From Eledone cirrhosa (Eukaryota): a stretch of 64,000 nt of DNA. Positions 11,737-24,548 of this stretch are shown one piece after another (the stretch's first letter is position 1; each line of letters starts with the position of its first letter). The position numbers and the translations under genes are program-made. The DNA lies in NCBI GenBank assembly GCA_964016885.1, contig OZ024752.1, positions 44,144,001 through 44,208,000 of the forward strand, in the 5' to 3' direction. The notes below the pieces were generated by a model. It was not told where the DNA came from. It made no database searches and was given only the letters and a program-made list of their open reading frames with translations.

Positions 11737-12495
11737 CACAGGTTCTCAACCCATTTAAGCCAAACGCCCCCTTTTGTCCCTCGAAATCACGAAACGCCCC
11801 CCCCCCCCTATTTTTCAATATACTACTGATTTTTATATCAGTAGATTACTAAAAAATTGATTAACAATATTCCAAAGATGTGTGTATTATCTTATGTGTT
11901 GTATGTGGTCCTAGATGTGTGTATTATCTGATTATGTGTTGTATGTGGTCTTAGATGTGTGTATTATCTGATTATGTGTTCTATGTGGTCCTAGATGTGT
12001 GTGCTACTCGCTTCTGTTTTTTCTTTTCTTTTTTTTTTATTTGTAATATTATTTATACAATAGGGAATAAAATAGATCTACATAGTGTTAACTCGTTACG
12101 GTTGAGTCAATAATTTCAGACATGAAATACATTGTTATCGCTGAAGGAAAGATAAGATTCTAACTGGCTGCGCTCAAAGTGTCTTTGACCCAGTTGACTG
12201 TGGGTTTTTCCATTTTTAGGATCTCAATTACCGGTTAACTTCTCAATTACCGGACATGCCTGCATACCTGCTCACAGCTGCGGTCAGACTATAGTTATGC
12301 TGTCTGCAAGCTCATTCAAATGCATTCACACTGGCTGTCTCAAAGACATACAAATATGGCTTATAAAACTTACCAAAATAAAGAGCCTTCCAGCCCCCCC
12401 CCCCCCCCCCCCTAACGCGACCCTGCTCCCAAACGCCCCCCTGGAGTTCTGAAACGCCCCCTGGGGGTGCATATGCCCCCCGTTGAGAACCTTTG
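11737..12495. mobile_element. Non-autonomous hAT DNA transposon
   Basis: TIRs CACAGGTTCTCAAC / GTTGAGAACCTTTG and a perfect 8-bp target duplication GTCTACAT (11729-36, 12496-503); internal ~40-bp tandem repeats. Confidence 0.85.
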
Positions 12496-14159
12496 GTCTA
12501 CATGATACATTAAATTTTGGGTGGGGTTTGTAATTTATGGCTGTGTAATTTACCTTTTTTTTATTGGGTTTGCTTTTGATGTTTTTGCCAACAGACCAGA
12601 TAGCTTAAAAAAACAAAGCAGATAGGACATGTAGCCTGATAGATATTGCTGTAGCAGCAGATAGGACATGTAGCCTTATAGATATTGCTGTAGCAGCTGA
12701 CAAGAATACATTTGGAAAAAACAATTGAAAAACTGTCAAAGTGCAAAGACCTAAAAATAGAGATCAACTGTAAACCTATGGTAATAGGAGCACTTGGATT
12801 AATACTCAAATCATCGGACCTACACCTTAGGGTCCTTCTCTGCTGGGTCAGCAAATATCTACCTTCTCTAAAATGAGTAATTCTATGCCAATGTTAATCT
12901 ATTTGTAAGAATAAATGTCAGGAACTTTTGAATGAAAACCAATGTCAAGGATTTGGAGAGAAGATAGCAATGACTGGAACGTGATGAAACTAACAAACAT
13001 TGAATTTCCAAAGTGAGGAAATTACGTTTAACTCAGTATGTGGACATAACTATGTGTGTGTGTTTGTGTTTGTATGTTTATATGCATGTGTGTGTGTATG
13101 AGTGTTTGCCTGTATAAGTGTGTGTGTGTGTGTGTGAGTGCTTGCCTGTATGCGTGTGTGTGTGTATGAGTGTTTGCCTGTATAAGTGTATGTGTGAGTG
13201 CTTGCCTGTGTGTGTATGAGTTCAAATCCTGCCAAAGTCAACTTAGCCTTTTGTTCATCCAAAGTCGATAAAAAAAGAAATATTAGTCAAATACTGGGAT
13301 CGATTCTTTGTCTATACTCTTCTCCCCCCCCCCCTCTCTCTGGAGAGGAGATAAGCTCCACTAAGTTTCAAAGTAATGCTCTAGAAATGTATGTCAGTAT
13401 AGTGCCCCAACTATACCCTTGGCAGATATGAGACCATGATAGTAGTGTAATGGTTGACTGATCCAGAAAGAAGCATCTACTTCATAAAAAGAATACAAAA
13501 CCGTGTCTCATGAAAAATTTGATCACAAATTTTTTTTCTTTCATTTCTCTGAAAATGGATTAATAATATTTTATTAACACTTTAACATTTACATTACTCT
13601 ATATATATTATTGTATTTTCACAGTAGAGACTTTCCCTCACATAACTATCTCACATAATATCGAATCTATGATATTTTCATATCTATTTAGAGAACAATA
13701 CCTTAACATCAGTATGAGTGGCCAGTTACAGCCGTTTGCACAGAAAGAGGTGCAAAATTTCTGGCCTGGTACAACCGGTTTAAATGCTAAAGGCTTAAGA
13801 TGTACAATCAATTTTTAAAAGGAAGTCTAGTTTCTTTATAATCTGTTTTCTCAACAATTAAACATATATCATGCTAGCGTGGAAAGTGGACATTAAACGA
13901 TGATGATGATTATTATAGTTGGGGATGGTGATGTGTTGGATTGGTCGGAAAACTTGTAGTCGTGTGGGTTGCTATTTGTGTCTGTCGCATTAGTTGTGTT
14001 GTTTTCTGTGTCAGTGTGTGTCATCATCATCATCGTTTAATGTCCATTTTCTATGCTACATGGGTTGTGTAATAACAATATCAACAACAACAGCAATAAT
14101 AATAAAAATAGTTTCTGATTTAGGCACATGGCCAACAATAACAACAACAACAACGCATA

Positions 14160-14370
14160 CAAAACAAGATGGAGTAGCAGATTAAGTCCAGAAAGAAGAG
14201 GAGGCACAAAAGAGAACAGATAGTCATTGAGGGGGTCATAGAATGTGTGACAAAAGAACTTCATAACAACAAACTAACGAATAACTAGTAATAAAGATGA
14301 AATTTATATGGTGTGTGTATTTCTTATTGGCAATAACTGGCAACATTATCATCCCCAAATATAACAATGT
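14160..14370 (+). mobile_element. Decayed Penelope-like terminal repeat, inverted homolog of ~17470-17720
   Basis: AAAACAAGATGG...GAGGCACAAAA...GTCA..GGTCATAGAATGTGTGACAAAAGAACTT aligns with the reverse complement of 17615-17720. Confidence 0.6.
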
Positions 14371-16429
14371 ATATAATAATAATACAACAAATATAACAAT
14401 GTATATAATAATAATACAACAAATATAACAATGTATATAACAATAATACAACAAATATAACAAAGTGGATGTGTAAAAGATACGGCAAAAAGCACCCAGC
14501 ACACACTGTCAATGTGGTTGGCATTAGGAAGGGCATCCAGCCGTAGAAAACCAGCCAGAAACTCTCCTATACGACTGAGACACGGTCACCCTGACCCAAC
14601 TTACCTCTAAAAATGGACAAACCCATCTAACCCATGTTAGCATGGAAATGGGGGAGAGGTAGCTAGATAGAACAAGAGAGGGAGAAATAACATGTTGAGA
14701 GAGAGATAGAAGAAAAGTACCTTCTATTTTGTTTAGTTAAATAAGAAAATGAACTGAAAACTTGTTTGATCTTTGAATATTTTATTATGTGGGAATATCT
14801 TAAACCTGCCAAACCTGTCGTTTTAGACATTTTAAAATATTTTTCTAAAAATAGTGAGACTATAATGAAAATAGTTTCAATATGAGCAATTATGGATGAA
14901 TCTCTGGTGGAAGTTTCAAATATAATTTCAACTTAGATTGAAGTTTTTTCTTTAGAGATTCTGCTGTAGAAAATCTGTTTAACCCTTTAGCATTTAAACC
15001 CTGCCATATCCAGCCAGAATTCTCTCACCTCTTTCTGTTTAAACCAACTGTAACTGGCCACTCATATTGATGTTAAGGTATTGTTCTCAAAACAAATATT
15101 ATCAAAATCTCATAGATTCAATATTATGTGATGTAAAGCCTTTACTGTGGAAATACAACAGTAAATATAGAGTAATGTAAATGGTAAAGGGTTGAAGAAC
15201 TTTTGATGTATTAAAACTAATTATTTTCTTGCATCCAAATACTGATGTGGAAAGATTTCTTAGTGTCAAACAGTCTGAAATAATGGTTTCTCATTTAGGC
15301 AGAAGGAGAGTAATTTTGGGGGAGGGGAAAGTCAATTAAATCGACCCCCGTGTGTTACTGGTACTTTATTTTATCAACCTTGTAAGGATGTAAGGCAAAG
15401 CTAACCTAAGCAGGATTTGAACTCAGACTGTAAAGGGCCACAACTACTTTAAATTAAATAATGGTTTCTGAATTAGACACAAAGCCAGCAATTTTAGGGA
15501 AGGGGAAAGCCGATTAAATCGACCCCAGATATTTTTGCCTATTTTCCATTGTAATAATGTCTTTTGTTGCTAATGAATATAATTGCTACCTACAGCCTAG
15601 TTTGTGTACTATATATTGTAGTACTACAATATGTACCTGTTGCTAATGTATTTTAAAACTGATATAAATAAACATAATTCTCCTAGAAAGATATTTCAGG
15701 TTGGATAATTCCCACCTATGCATGAAACCATTTTCCCCATCTCATCATATCTTTTTCCATTTAATTTTAAACCCTCATACATGTTAGTCACATTTCATTT
15801 AATCAGAAAGAATTCCCTATTTACCTAAATAAATAACAATCTTTCAGGGTTATGCTCCAGTAAGCTCAGTGTTTTTTTCTATTCATTCCTTGCTCTCCTT
15901 TTTTATGCCCAAGTCGAAAAGATATTAGTGCCAATAACCTTCACAAACCATTCACAGATGAGAGGAGCTTATGTTAGTTTTACACATATGAAAGTTCACA
16001 GCCAGATTTTCATGTAGCTCCCTCTAGTGAGTTGAGATTCTGGGTCGGAGGAGCAGGATTGAATAAAGGGGTTAGCATGAGGCTAGATGGAGAAACACAG
16101 TGAGGGTAATGTGTGTGAGAGAGAGAGAGAGAGAGAGGGGGGGAGCGAGAGAGAGAGAGAGAGAGGAGTGTATTGGATGGACCTGTGTGAAGCCATTCCC
16201 AGACTGGAAGTAGCTGTTGAAATGGCAAGAGCTCAACTGTCGGGGTCCTGACTCTTTCATATATACATGTATGTGTGTGTATATATATATATCCCTTCCA
16301 TATACTGTACTGATTGTGTTGTTATTTCTGTTTACCTTTTACATACATATACATACATATATATCTATATATATCATCATCATTTTTTACTTCTGTTTTA
16401 CTTCCATTCTTCCACGCTAGCATGGCAGA

Positions 16430-17000
16430 ACATATATCATCATCATCATCATTATCATCATCATCGTTTAACGTCCATCTTCCACGCTTGCATGGGTTTG
16501 GACGGGAATTTTCCCACTTGAGGCAAGAGTGGTTGTCTTGCTCGTATAGGACTGTCTGGCGGGTTTTCTACAGCTGGATGCCCTTCCTAACACCAACCAC
16601 ATTTACAGTGTGGACTGGGAGGTTTTTACCATGTTACCTACACGGCCACATTACAGGGTAGACTGTGTGTTTTGTTGTCGTGACACCTACACGACCTCAT
16701 TTGTTTCGGACTGGGTGTTGTGGTACCAACATAACTTTACATCGAAAGGGGTGGTGTTAAGAGGTGCCTACTGACTGTAGGTTTCGCTTTGTACTTAGGC
16801 AAGGCGGGTCTTCTGTATTACTGTGTAGCGCCAAAGATCTCAGTCCAGTGAGATTGTCTTTGAGAGGTGTAAGTGTGTGAGGTCAGAATTTATCAAGTCG
16901 TCCCAGGTTTTTCTGGGTCTGCCTACTCCGTGGCTACCGTCTATTTTTATCGCCCTGCACTTTTTTATACAGCTGTTGTCTTTCATGCGCATCACGTGAC
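16430..17000 (-). mobile_element. RTE 3' fragment with 3' UTR and (GAT)n tail
   Basis: Reverse complement is highly similar to 30320-30870 (HVMRMKDNSCIKKCRAIK...). Confidence 0.85.
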
Positions 17001-17390
17001 CCTATATATATTGTGTTGATTGTGTTGAAAGTTCAGTTGTTCAAACAACAGACGTGACTGCTGTGAAATTATTTGAGTGACAGATTTTTCTGTCTGGTAT
17101 TTATCTGTTAAAATATATGAAAAGTAAACATTAAATACATTAAATTGATCTTGAAATTATTTATTTACTTTGATATATATGTATACACATATATACTCCC
17201 ACACATTCCCATACACACTTATACACACACACACATATATACATAGACATGGGTCGATCCGTTCAACCCATGGATGATGGATGCTAAGCAATGAGGTTGA
17301 TGATATATTTATGTGTGTATATATATGAAGTGTGTATATGTATGATATGTGTATATATATTACATATATGGTATATGTATATGCACACAA

Positions 17391-17422
<32 letters not shown>

Positions 17423-17464
17423 TTTCTGAATTTGTTTAACAAGATTCTTTATCTGAAAACGTGT

Positions 17465-18341
17465 GTTGAAACCGATATTGTTATACTTTGGGAGGGTCAT
17501 GTTGCCAATAAAAAACACACGCACCAGTTGCTTTCACTTCAATTTATTATAAATTAAATTTATAAATTTCCGGTTGGTTGGTTGGTTCCACAACCGGACG
17601 GTTGTTCATATATTGTCAAAGTTCTTTCGTCACACATTCTCTGACCTCTTCAGTGACTGGGGATTCTTTTCTTTGTTTTTGTGCCTCTCCTTTGTTCTGT
17701 CCTACGCCATCTTGTTTTTGTGTGTGTGTTGTGTGCTTAGTTTGCGCATGTGTTGCATCCGGGTGTCTGTGTGTGTTTATATTTGTTTATTTATTTGTTT
17801 ATTTACATGTTACTGGTTGGTTGTCTGTTCTATGTGTGTGTGTGTTTTCATTTTGTCCTTAATTGTAAGTTGTAATGTTGCTATTCCATTCATGTTTTCT
17901 ATTTAATTTTGGTTGGAGTTCATTTATGTTTATTGCCTCTGTGATTTGTCTAAATATTGCGTCTTTTCTGTGTGTAGATTCTATTTTTATTTCTATGTTC
18001 TCTAATTTGCCCTTATGTTCTATTTTAGCATGTTGGTGGAGTATTGATGATTCTTTTCTATCTTGAAGCTCTCGCCAGTGTTCATTTATCTGTTCCCCTA
18101 TACTACGAGCTGTCTCACCTATGTACACTATATTCTTATCTCTACATTGTCCTTCAGTACATCTTATGCTATATACTACATTTCTAGTTTTACAGTTAAT
18201 ATGGGGGCTTAGTTCACAGATTATACATTTCTTATCTATACAGGGAGGTCTTTGAAAAGGGTATGTATTGTTAATAAGTGTTTTTATGGAGGTACCTGGT
18301 CTTTTTACTATCTTAATATTGAGTTTATGTTTATCTAGGGC

Positions 18342-18345
<4 letters not shown>
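17465..18345 (-). mobile_element. Penelope-like element (Neptune-type) 3' fragment: Cys-rich linker, GIY-YIG endonuclease and terminal repeat
   Basis: Open frame from ~18345 to 17859: PPCIDKKCIICELSPHINCKTRNVVYSIRC...C...VYIGETARS...EH...H...H...RQITEAINI...PKLN. Both ends lie at or near (TA)n arrays. Confidence 0.88.
17615..17657 (-). ncRNA. Minimal type I hammerhead ribozyme motif in the Penelope terminal repeat
   Basis: Minus strand: GUCA CUGAAGA G GUCA-gagaaugug-UGAC GAAA GAAC UU UGAC; stems I and II are 4 bp each. Confidence 0.6.
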
Positions 18346-18432
<87 letters not shown>

Positions 18433-18594
18433 TAGATAAATATACATGGGTGTGTATGATTGTGTATAGAAGATTATATTAATAAAAGGAATTCCAATTT
18501 TGTCTGATTTACTCGTTTTATTTACAATCCTTTAACATTTATAATGGTATTAGAATGAAATAGTAAGATAGAATATTAAATGTTAAGTGTTAAT

Positions 18595-18633
18595 TGAACA
18601 AGTACTTTCATGCTTTCGCAATCTTCAGGTTCA
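18595..18633 (-). ncRNA. Minimal type I hammerhead ribozyme motif with palindromic stem III
   Basis: Minus strand: UGAAC CUGAAGA U UGC-GAAA-GCA U GAA AGUACU U GUUCA. Confidence 0.72.
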
Positions 18634-19149
18634 TATTCTGTGGTGACAGTCAAGTTTGCAATTTTCAACTGTAATGAGATGGGTAAATTGTGTGCCTTAT
18701 ATACAGTGAAAAGTGGCTACAGAATGCTAAATCTTGCAAACAGTATTTCGACCAATCGGTGTGTAGTTTCACTGGATTACTAAAGCTGATTGGTTTAGGT
18801 GTCACGGTTGGTTGAGCATGTCTAATGACTACTGATTGACCCTATCCAAAGCATCAATTGTTTTGCTATTTTTAGAAATGATGAAAATAGCATTTTCTAG
18901 TAATCATCACCATCAACATCACTTTTATTGTGGTCGTAGTTATAGTCATAGTCATAGTCATAGTAGGATTAAGACCCCATTATTATTGTTCATTTAGCTT
19001 GGGTTGGAATTTATCAATAAAATTCTTTCTTTGATTTTTCTCTTGATTTCACTTGGGCTGTGTAATTTGTAGAATGGAAATATTATAAATATTCTCTGAC
19101 CACATGTTGCTAGATGGTTACTCAGGGGTATCTGACGGACATTTGGGTC

Positions 19150-19410
19150 TCAGAGTTGCTGAAGCATGGAACAAACTGCCTGCATCAGTTGTTAGCTGTC
19201 GAGACACTGCATCCTTTAAAACTTCCATGCTTCCTGAGATTCGCCAAGACTACACCGAATATTCCCCCTCCATACACACGCACACATGTATATCATGACT
19301 CATGCACTATTCACTTCCCTGACATTTGTACATTATTCTATGTGCTATACATACACCTTTGATGAGTTGTAGTGAACCTGAACACTGTACACAATCTTTA
19401 GATAATTCAT
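19150..19410 (+). mobile_element. CR1-like LINE 3' end fragment
   Basis: RVAEAWNKLPASVVSCRDTASFK plus a conserved 3' tail also present at ~20555-20630, 31125-31203 and 53698-54110. Confidence 0.7.
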
Positions 19411-19477
19411 CATCCATGGAAGTCATGGTTAGCTAACTTTACTATGGACTTAATTTTTTTTTTAAATAATTATTATT

Positions 19478-19660
19478 TCTACTATTGGCACAAGGCCAGC
19501 AATTACCCAGTACATTACTGGTACTTTATTTTATCGACCCCGTAAGGATGAAAGGCAAAGTTAACCTCGGCGGGATTTGAACTCAGAATGGCAAGGGCCA
19601 TAACTCTATGTGTCAAAGCATGGCGACGACCCTCTACCGATACTGCCAATTCACCGCCCT
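19478..19660 (-). mobile_element. tRNA-derived SINE (family A), well-preserved copy
   Basis: Reverse complement is nearly identical to 53849-54026 and 22790-22965. Confidence 0.8.
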
Positions 19661-20354
19661 TTTTTTTAATAATAATAATACTAAGAATAGCTTGAATATA
19701 AATTATACAGACATAGCATAGACATTTACATTTTACTTGCTTGAGTGAATGTAGCATGACCAAATGGTTAAAAAGTTTCCATCACAGTTATGTGGTTCCT
19801 CTAGATGATATTTTGGGAAGGTGTCTTTAACTATAGTTTTTAGTTGACCCAAGTTTTGTGAGTCAAATTGAGAAGACAGAAACTGATTAGAATACCATCA
19901 GAAAAATTATACTTGCAATTTTATGGTTTAGTCTTGAGAATTATTATTTAACCCTTTAGTTACCAACCCAGCTAAAACCAGTCCTGGTTCTATGAAATAA
20001 ATCCACCCATTTTAAAGGCTTCCAATTTAAATTAAAATCTTCCAGCATAATTTTTATATTAAGTTACTATCTTCGTAATGAAATAATTGATAATGTTATT
20101 AAATTCCTCAAAATTCTTCATATGGCATTATAAATACGGTCATTAAAGGGTTAAAGGTTCACCTTTCTGTGGTATATCAGCCACTTATTGTTGACCAAAT
20201 GACTGAAATATTCATCAGTTAACAAATGTTGTATCTGAATGTCTTTAAACTGGTTTGATAGACATATAAATACATAACATCCATATTAAAACACTTTCTT
20301 CATCATATACACTTTCAATTAATTAATGAGGCAGCCCCTACTGCTACTACTACG

Positions 20355-20401
<47 letters not shown>

Positions 20402-20629
20402 AGCCATGACATGATGCAATTGAGTGTGACTTGTATGGCTGTGGTTGTTTAGCTGAAGGTGAACCCTGATTGAGCAGGCTTATGATTAGAGATATTCAGC
20501 ATAAGTTAAATGTATCATTACAGACTGAATCAGTATGTAATTGAAGTTAATCTATGTACTATACATGCACCTTTGACAAGTTGTAGTGCACCTGAGCACT
20601 GTACACAATAATTTCATTATTATTATTAT

Positions 20630-21600
20630 TATTGTCCTCCCAAATGGTTTGGAGGACGAAATCTTACTCAGATATTGAAGATAGTGAGTTTGGCTTTTAT
20701 ATCTCCCTTCTTCTGATTACTAAATGTTGAAGCTGACACATTACTGCACCATCTCCTACAATTCTTGCACTTAATTCAGCCTCCTGCATTCCCTCACTCA
20801 TGAAAACTGCCCCGAGATATAGAACTTCTCTACCTGCTTCAGTGGAATTCCATTCACATGTAGAGTACACTGTACAGGCTTCCTTGAGAGGAAGAGTGTC
20901 TTAGTTTTCATAGCACTGATTTTCATTCCAGCCATGCAACAATTATCAACAAACTATCAAGTGTATGTCGGAGATCACCTTCTGCCGAGTTAAGTTATAC
21001 CAAGTCATCTGATATCATTTCCAACCTGGCTGCATATCAATCAGAACAGGTGACAATATGGACTCTGGACAGTTTCTGACTCTCGCATTCAATGGTTTCA
21101 CCATTTATATGATCACAAACACTAGTGTATTCATATCAAGACTTCAAGGCAACAAGAAACTGTCTAGCAATTCCATACTTCTGTTATCTAGGTGATCAAA
21201 TTAGCAATGTAACTAAAGCAGAGTAACTAAAATAAGAACGCTGTGGGGAAAGTTTGGGGAGCTACTATCTTTACCAACAACAAAGAAGTTATATATATAT
21301 ATATATATATATCATCAGTAACCCTAACATAGTGGGATTCATCTTATAACAATTAATAATTATACTGCTGCACCAGTAATTGGGTATGACACTATCTTGA
21401 ATTACCTGGTTGATTATGTGGGTGACTAACTTGGCTCCTTGTTCACCTGATGATTTCAGCAACTCAGCAACTATTCCTCGTAGTCCAGCAGCATTTCCCT
21501 TTTTCATATCCCTAATGGCTTCTTTGAATATATGACTGTTAACTTTAATATTTGGTCCCTATTTTGGGTCTATTTGGGATAGTCTCTCTTCCTTCAATGT
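20630..21600 (-). mobile_element. Degenerate RTE RT fragments
   Basis: MKKGNAAG..GIVAELLK...IPNYWCSSIIINCYK, and more decayed RT remnants in 20630-21185. Confidence 0.6.
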
Positions 21601-21748
21601 TATGTGAGGTAAAGCCTTTTCCGTAAAAATATAATAGTATATATAGAGTAATGTAAATGTTAAAGGGTTAAATTGAAATGTTTCTCGTGTCTTTAATAGT
21701 AGACAAACTGTTGTAAAAGTTTGCAGTAAACTGGAATGTTTAATGTGA

Positions 21749-22176
21749 TTGCAGAGACACTTTCTCCAGCTGCAACCTGGGCAGTCTGCGACTAACCCAG
21801 GTTCTGCTGCACGTTGGGCTGAGGAGGCCAAACTCTCCAAGTACCGGTCGCTCTCCGACAGGTTTGCGGTCGTACCCTTGGCAGTGGAGACTTCTGGAGT
21901 CCTTGGCCCTCGGGCTACCTCCCTACTCACCACCATAGGCACTGAGCTAGCCAGCCGCAGGTGTGAGCCTTGCGATTTGGAATGGCTCTTCCAGCGCATC
22001 TCCCTTACCATCCTCCAGGGAAACGCCTTCTCCATCCTGTCCGCCGGGGCTGTGGGGAGGCCAGCACGTGGAACCCCATTTGTTCACCATACGGATTAAC
22101 AGGCAAAGTTATAAACTATTGTAAATAAATGTTTGTGTTCGTATTCTATATGATACTATTAAAAAAAAAAAAAAAA
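21749..22176 (+). mobile_element. CRE-like non-LTR retrotransposon 3' end (restriction-like endonuclease C-terminus) with poly(A) tail
   Basis: AEEAKLSKY...VPLAVETSGVLGP...FQRISLTILQGNA, then AATAAA and an A16 run. Confidence 0.75.
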
Positions 22177-22551
22177 TACGAAAGCTTACGTAGACATAGT
22201 GTTGTTTTGTACTTTTCAAGAATGTTTTGCTAATGTGGTTTCATGTGGTACAGGATGTTAGGAGTTAAGTGGAATTAAGCAGAAAAAGGCCCAGAAAGAT
22301 TATTAACAAATATCAAAATAATGTCAACAAGAAAAAAAATAAGGTGCTTAAAGTTTGATAAGATACTTAAGGAGAATTTCTCTACCTTTATTTATTTTTT
22401 TTTAATTATTTAAAAAAAATTATTACATCATTTAGATTTACGTAAACAATATATTGATATCAGTTCAATATCTAAAATTGGTGTTGCTTTTGTTTGTTAT
22501 TTTGTATAGATTTTGATAAACGACTATATAATCTTGTTTGTTGTTTTAACA

Positions 22552-23123
22552 CAGAGGTTCTCAAAGTGGGCTCTACTGTCCCCAGGGGGGGGGGGGGGCG
22601 TTGAGAAGGTCCAGAGGGCACTGGGGCCTGGGGGGGGGGGGGGGCGTTGAGAAGGTCCAGGGGCACTGGGGCTTAAGGGGTGGTGGTTTAGAGATGATAT
22701 AATACTATATTAAATATGAAATGATATATATTATATATAGATATAGTAAAATAAAAAATATATATTTATTTATACATAGTATATATTATATAGTATCGTA
22801 GAGGGTCGGACGCCATGCTTTGCAGCAAAGAGTTACGGCCCTTTATGGTCTGAGTTCAAATCCTGCCGAGGTTAACTTTGCCTTTCTTCCTTATGGGGTT
22901 TGATAAAATAAAGTACCAGTAATGTACTGGGTAATTGCTGGCCTTGTGCCAAAAGTAGAAACAATTTTATTATATATAAATTATATTATATATAAATTAA
23001 CGATTTTATTTATTATATATTATTTACAATTTGTGTGAAGGTAGGTCTCACTGGAAATAGGGTTGGGGGGGGGACGGTAAGGATATTACAGAAGCCGTGA
23101 GGGGGTGGGTACAAAAAGAACTG
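22552..23123. mobile_element. hAT-type MITE containing a SINE insertion
   Basis: CAGAGGTTCTCAAA start, ...CTG end and 8-bp direct repeat TTTTAACA (22544-51, 23124-31); family A SINE at 22790-22965. Confidence 0.6.
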
Positions 23124-24289
23124 TTTTAACATAACAATACATTCAATTGACGGAGAGAATTGTTGGTTGACATCCTGTTGCTTTCTGCTCACCTTAGCAA
23201 AGCAGCATAAATGTTAATGGTTCAACATACACAACTAAAAATAGTTTGCATATTTTGATGAGATATGAAACAGATAGTTATCATACTTCACCCAAAACTG
23301 GGCAAACAGCATAAAACAAATAATAACAAACAAACTAATAAAACAAAACAAAAATGCATAAACAAACTCAGTAAAAATTCAATTGAAAGTTTCAATGTAA
23401 TCATAATTAGCCAATTAAAAGATTAAAATCATTTTAAAATTTTATTTAACCATTTACCATTTACATTACTCTATATACACTATTGTATTTTCATGGTAAA
23501 GGCTTTACCTCACATTATATCTCACATAACATTTACATTACTCACAGTAAAGGCTTTACCTCACATAATATCTCACATAATATTGAATATATGAAATTTT
23601 GATATTACTTATTTTGAGAACAATACCTTGACATAGGTATGAGCAGTGGGTCTTGTCAGAAGCAACTGTCTCCAACTGATTCGGCTAGATTCCCAAGTGA
23701 GACCAGCCAAGCTCAGGTGCTAGGAAGGACATCCAGCTGTAAAAACCAAACCAGAATCAGTTCTATATAAGCAAGACATGGTCACCTGACCTAGCATTGC
23801 CCACAATAGGACAACTCGTGCTAGCGTGGAAAAATGGACATAAAATGGTGATGATGATGATTACAGATGCATTAACAGTGTTTTCTTTCAATGCTATTTA
23901 GTACTACAGAATCTATAGATCTTTAACCAATTCTGTGTATATAAGCAGATATATACATCTTGTCTTTATATACAGAATATTCTTTGGCCAGAAAAAGAAA
24001 GAACTGGACTAGATTGAAAACTGTGGATTCATCAACAAGAGTGTAGTCATTTTAACTATCCACAGAAAGACTGCTTGTACATCCACTATTACAAATGTCT
24101 TAATAAAATGGAGAGACTAATTTGCATATGTAAAGAATTCTTGTCAGTCAAGTCTGTTGTAGATTGTAATATTGAAACATTGTATGTGAAATGTTGTCTT
24201 AGAAACACATGTGAAAAACATATGTTGTTTATCATTAGTATCTTTTGTTGATAAAATACTGGGTTGTAATTACTTCTTCTTCACCCACT

Positions 24290-24548
24290 TATTACTGAGA
24301 GGGTTGTGGGGTCAGAGTCTTCAAATACTCCTTCCAGCAGGCCCTGTCAGAAGTAACTGCCTCCGACTGATCTGGCTGAATCCCTAAGCAAGACCAGCCA
24401 AGCTCATGGATGTTATCCAACTATCTTGCACGGGGTCTACCCCTGAGTCTCTTGCCAGTTGGTTTTTGTTTGTAAAATTTGTCCAGCGATTCTTTCCTGA
24501 GACATTCTAACCACATGTCCATAGTATTGAAGCTGTGATCTCTCAATT
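24290..24548 (-). mobile_element. RTE 3' end fragment (different subfamily)
   Basis: IERSQLQYYGHVVRMSQERIA...GRP on the minus strand. Confidence 0.65.

Noticed and set aside
11460-11852. Repetitive ORFs (CWSNYCWC... and VGQTIVGV...) and CRISPR-like periodicity
   Set aside because: They are translations of a minisatellite; there are no unique spacers or cas genes and the context is eukaryotic.
17450-17480. CTGAAAA...GAAAC on the plus strand
   Set aside because: Core G is absent and there is no convincing stem I or II.
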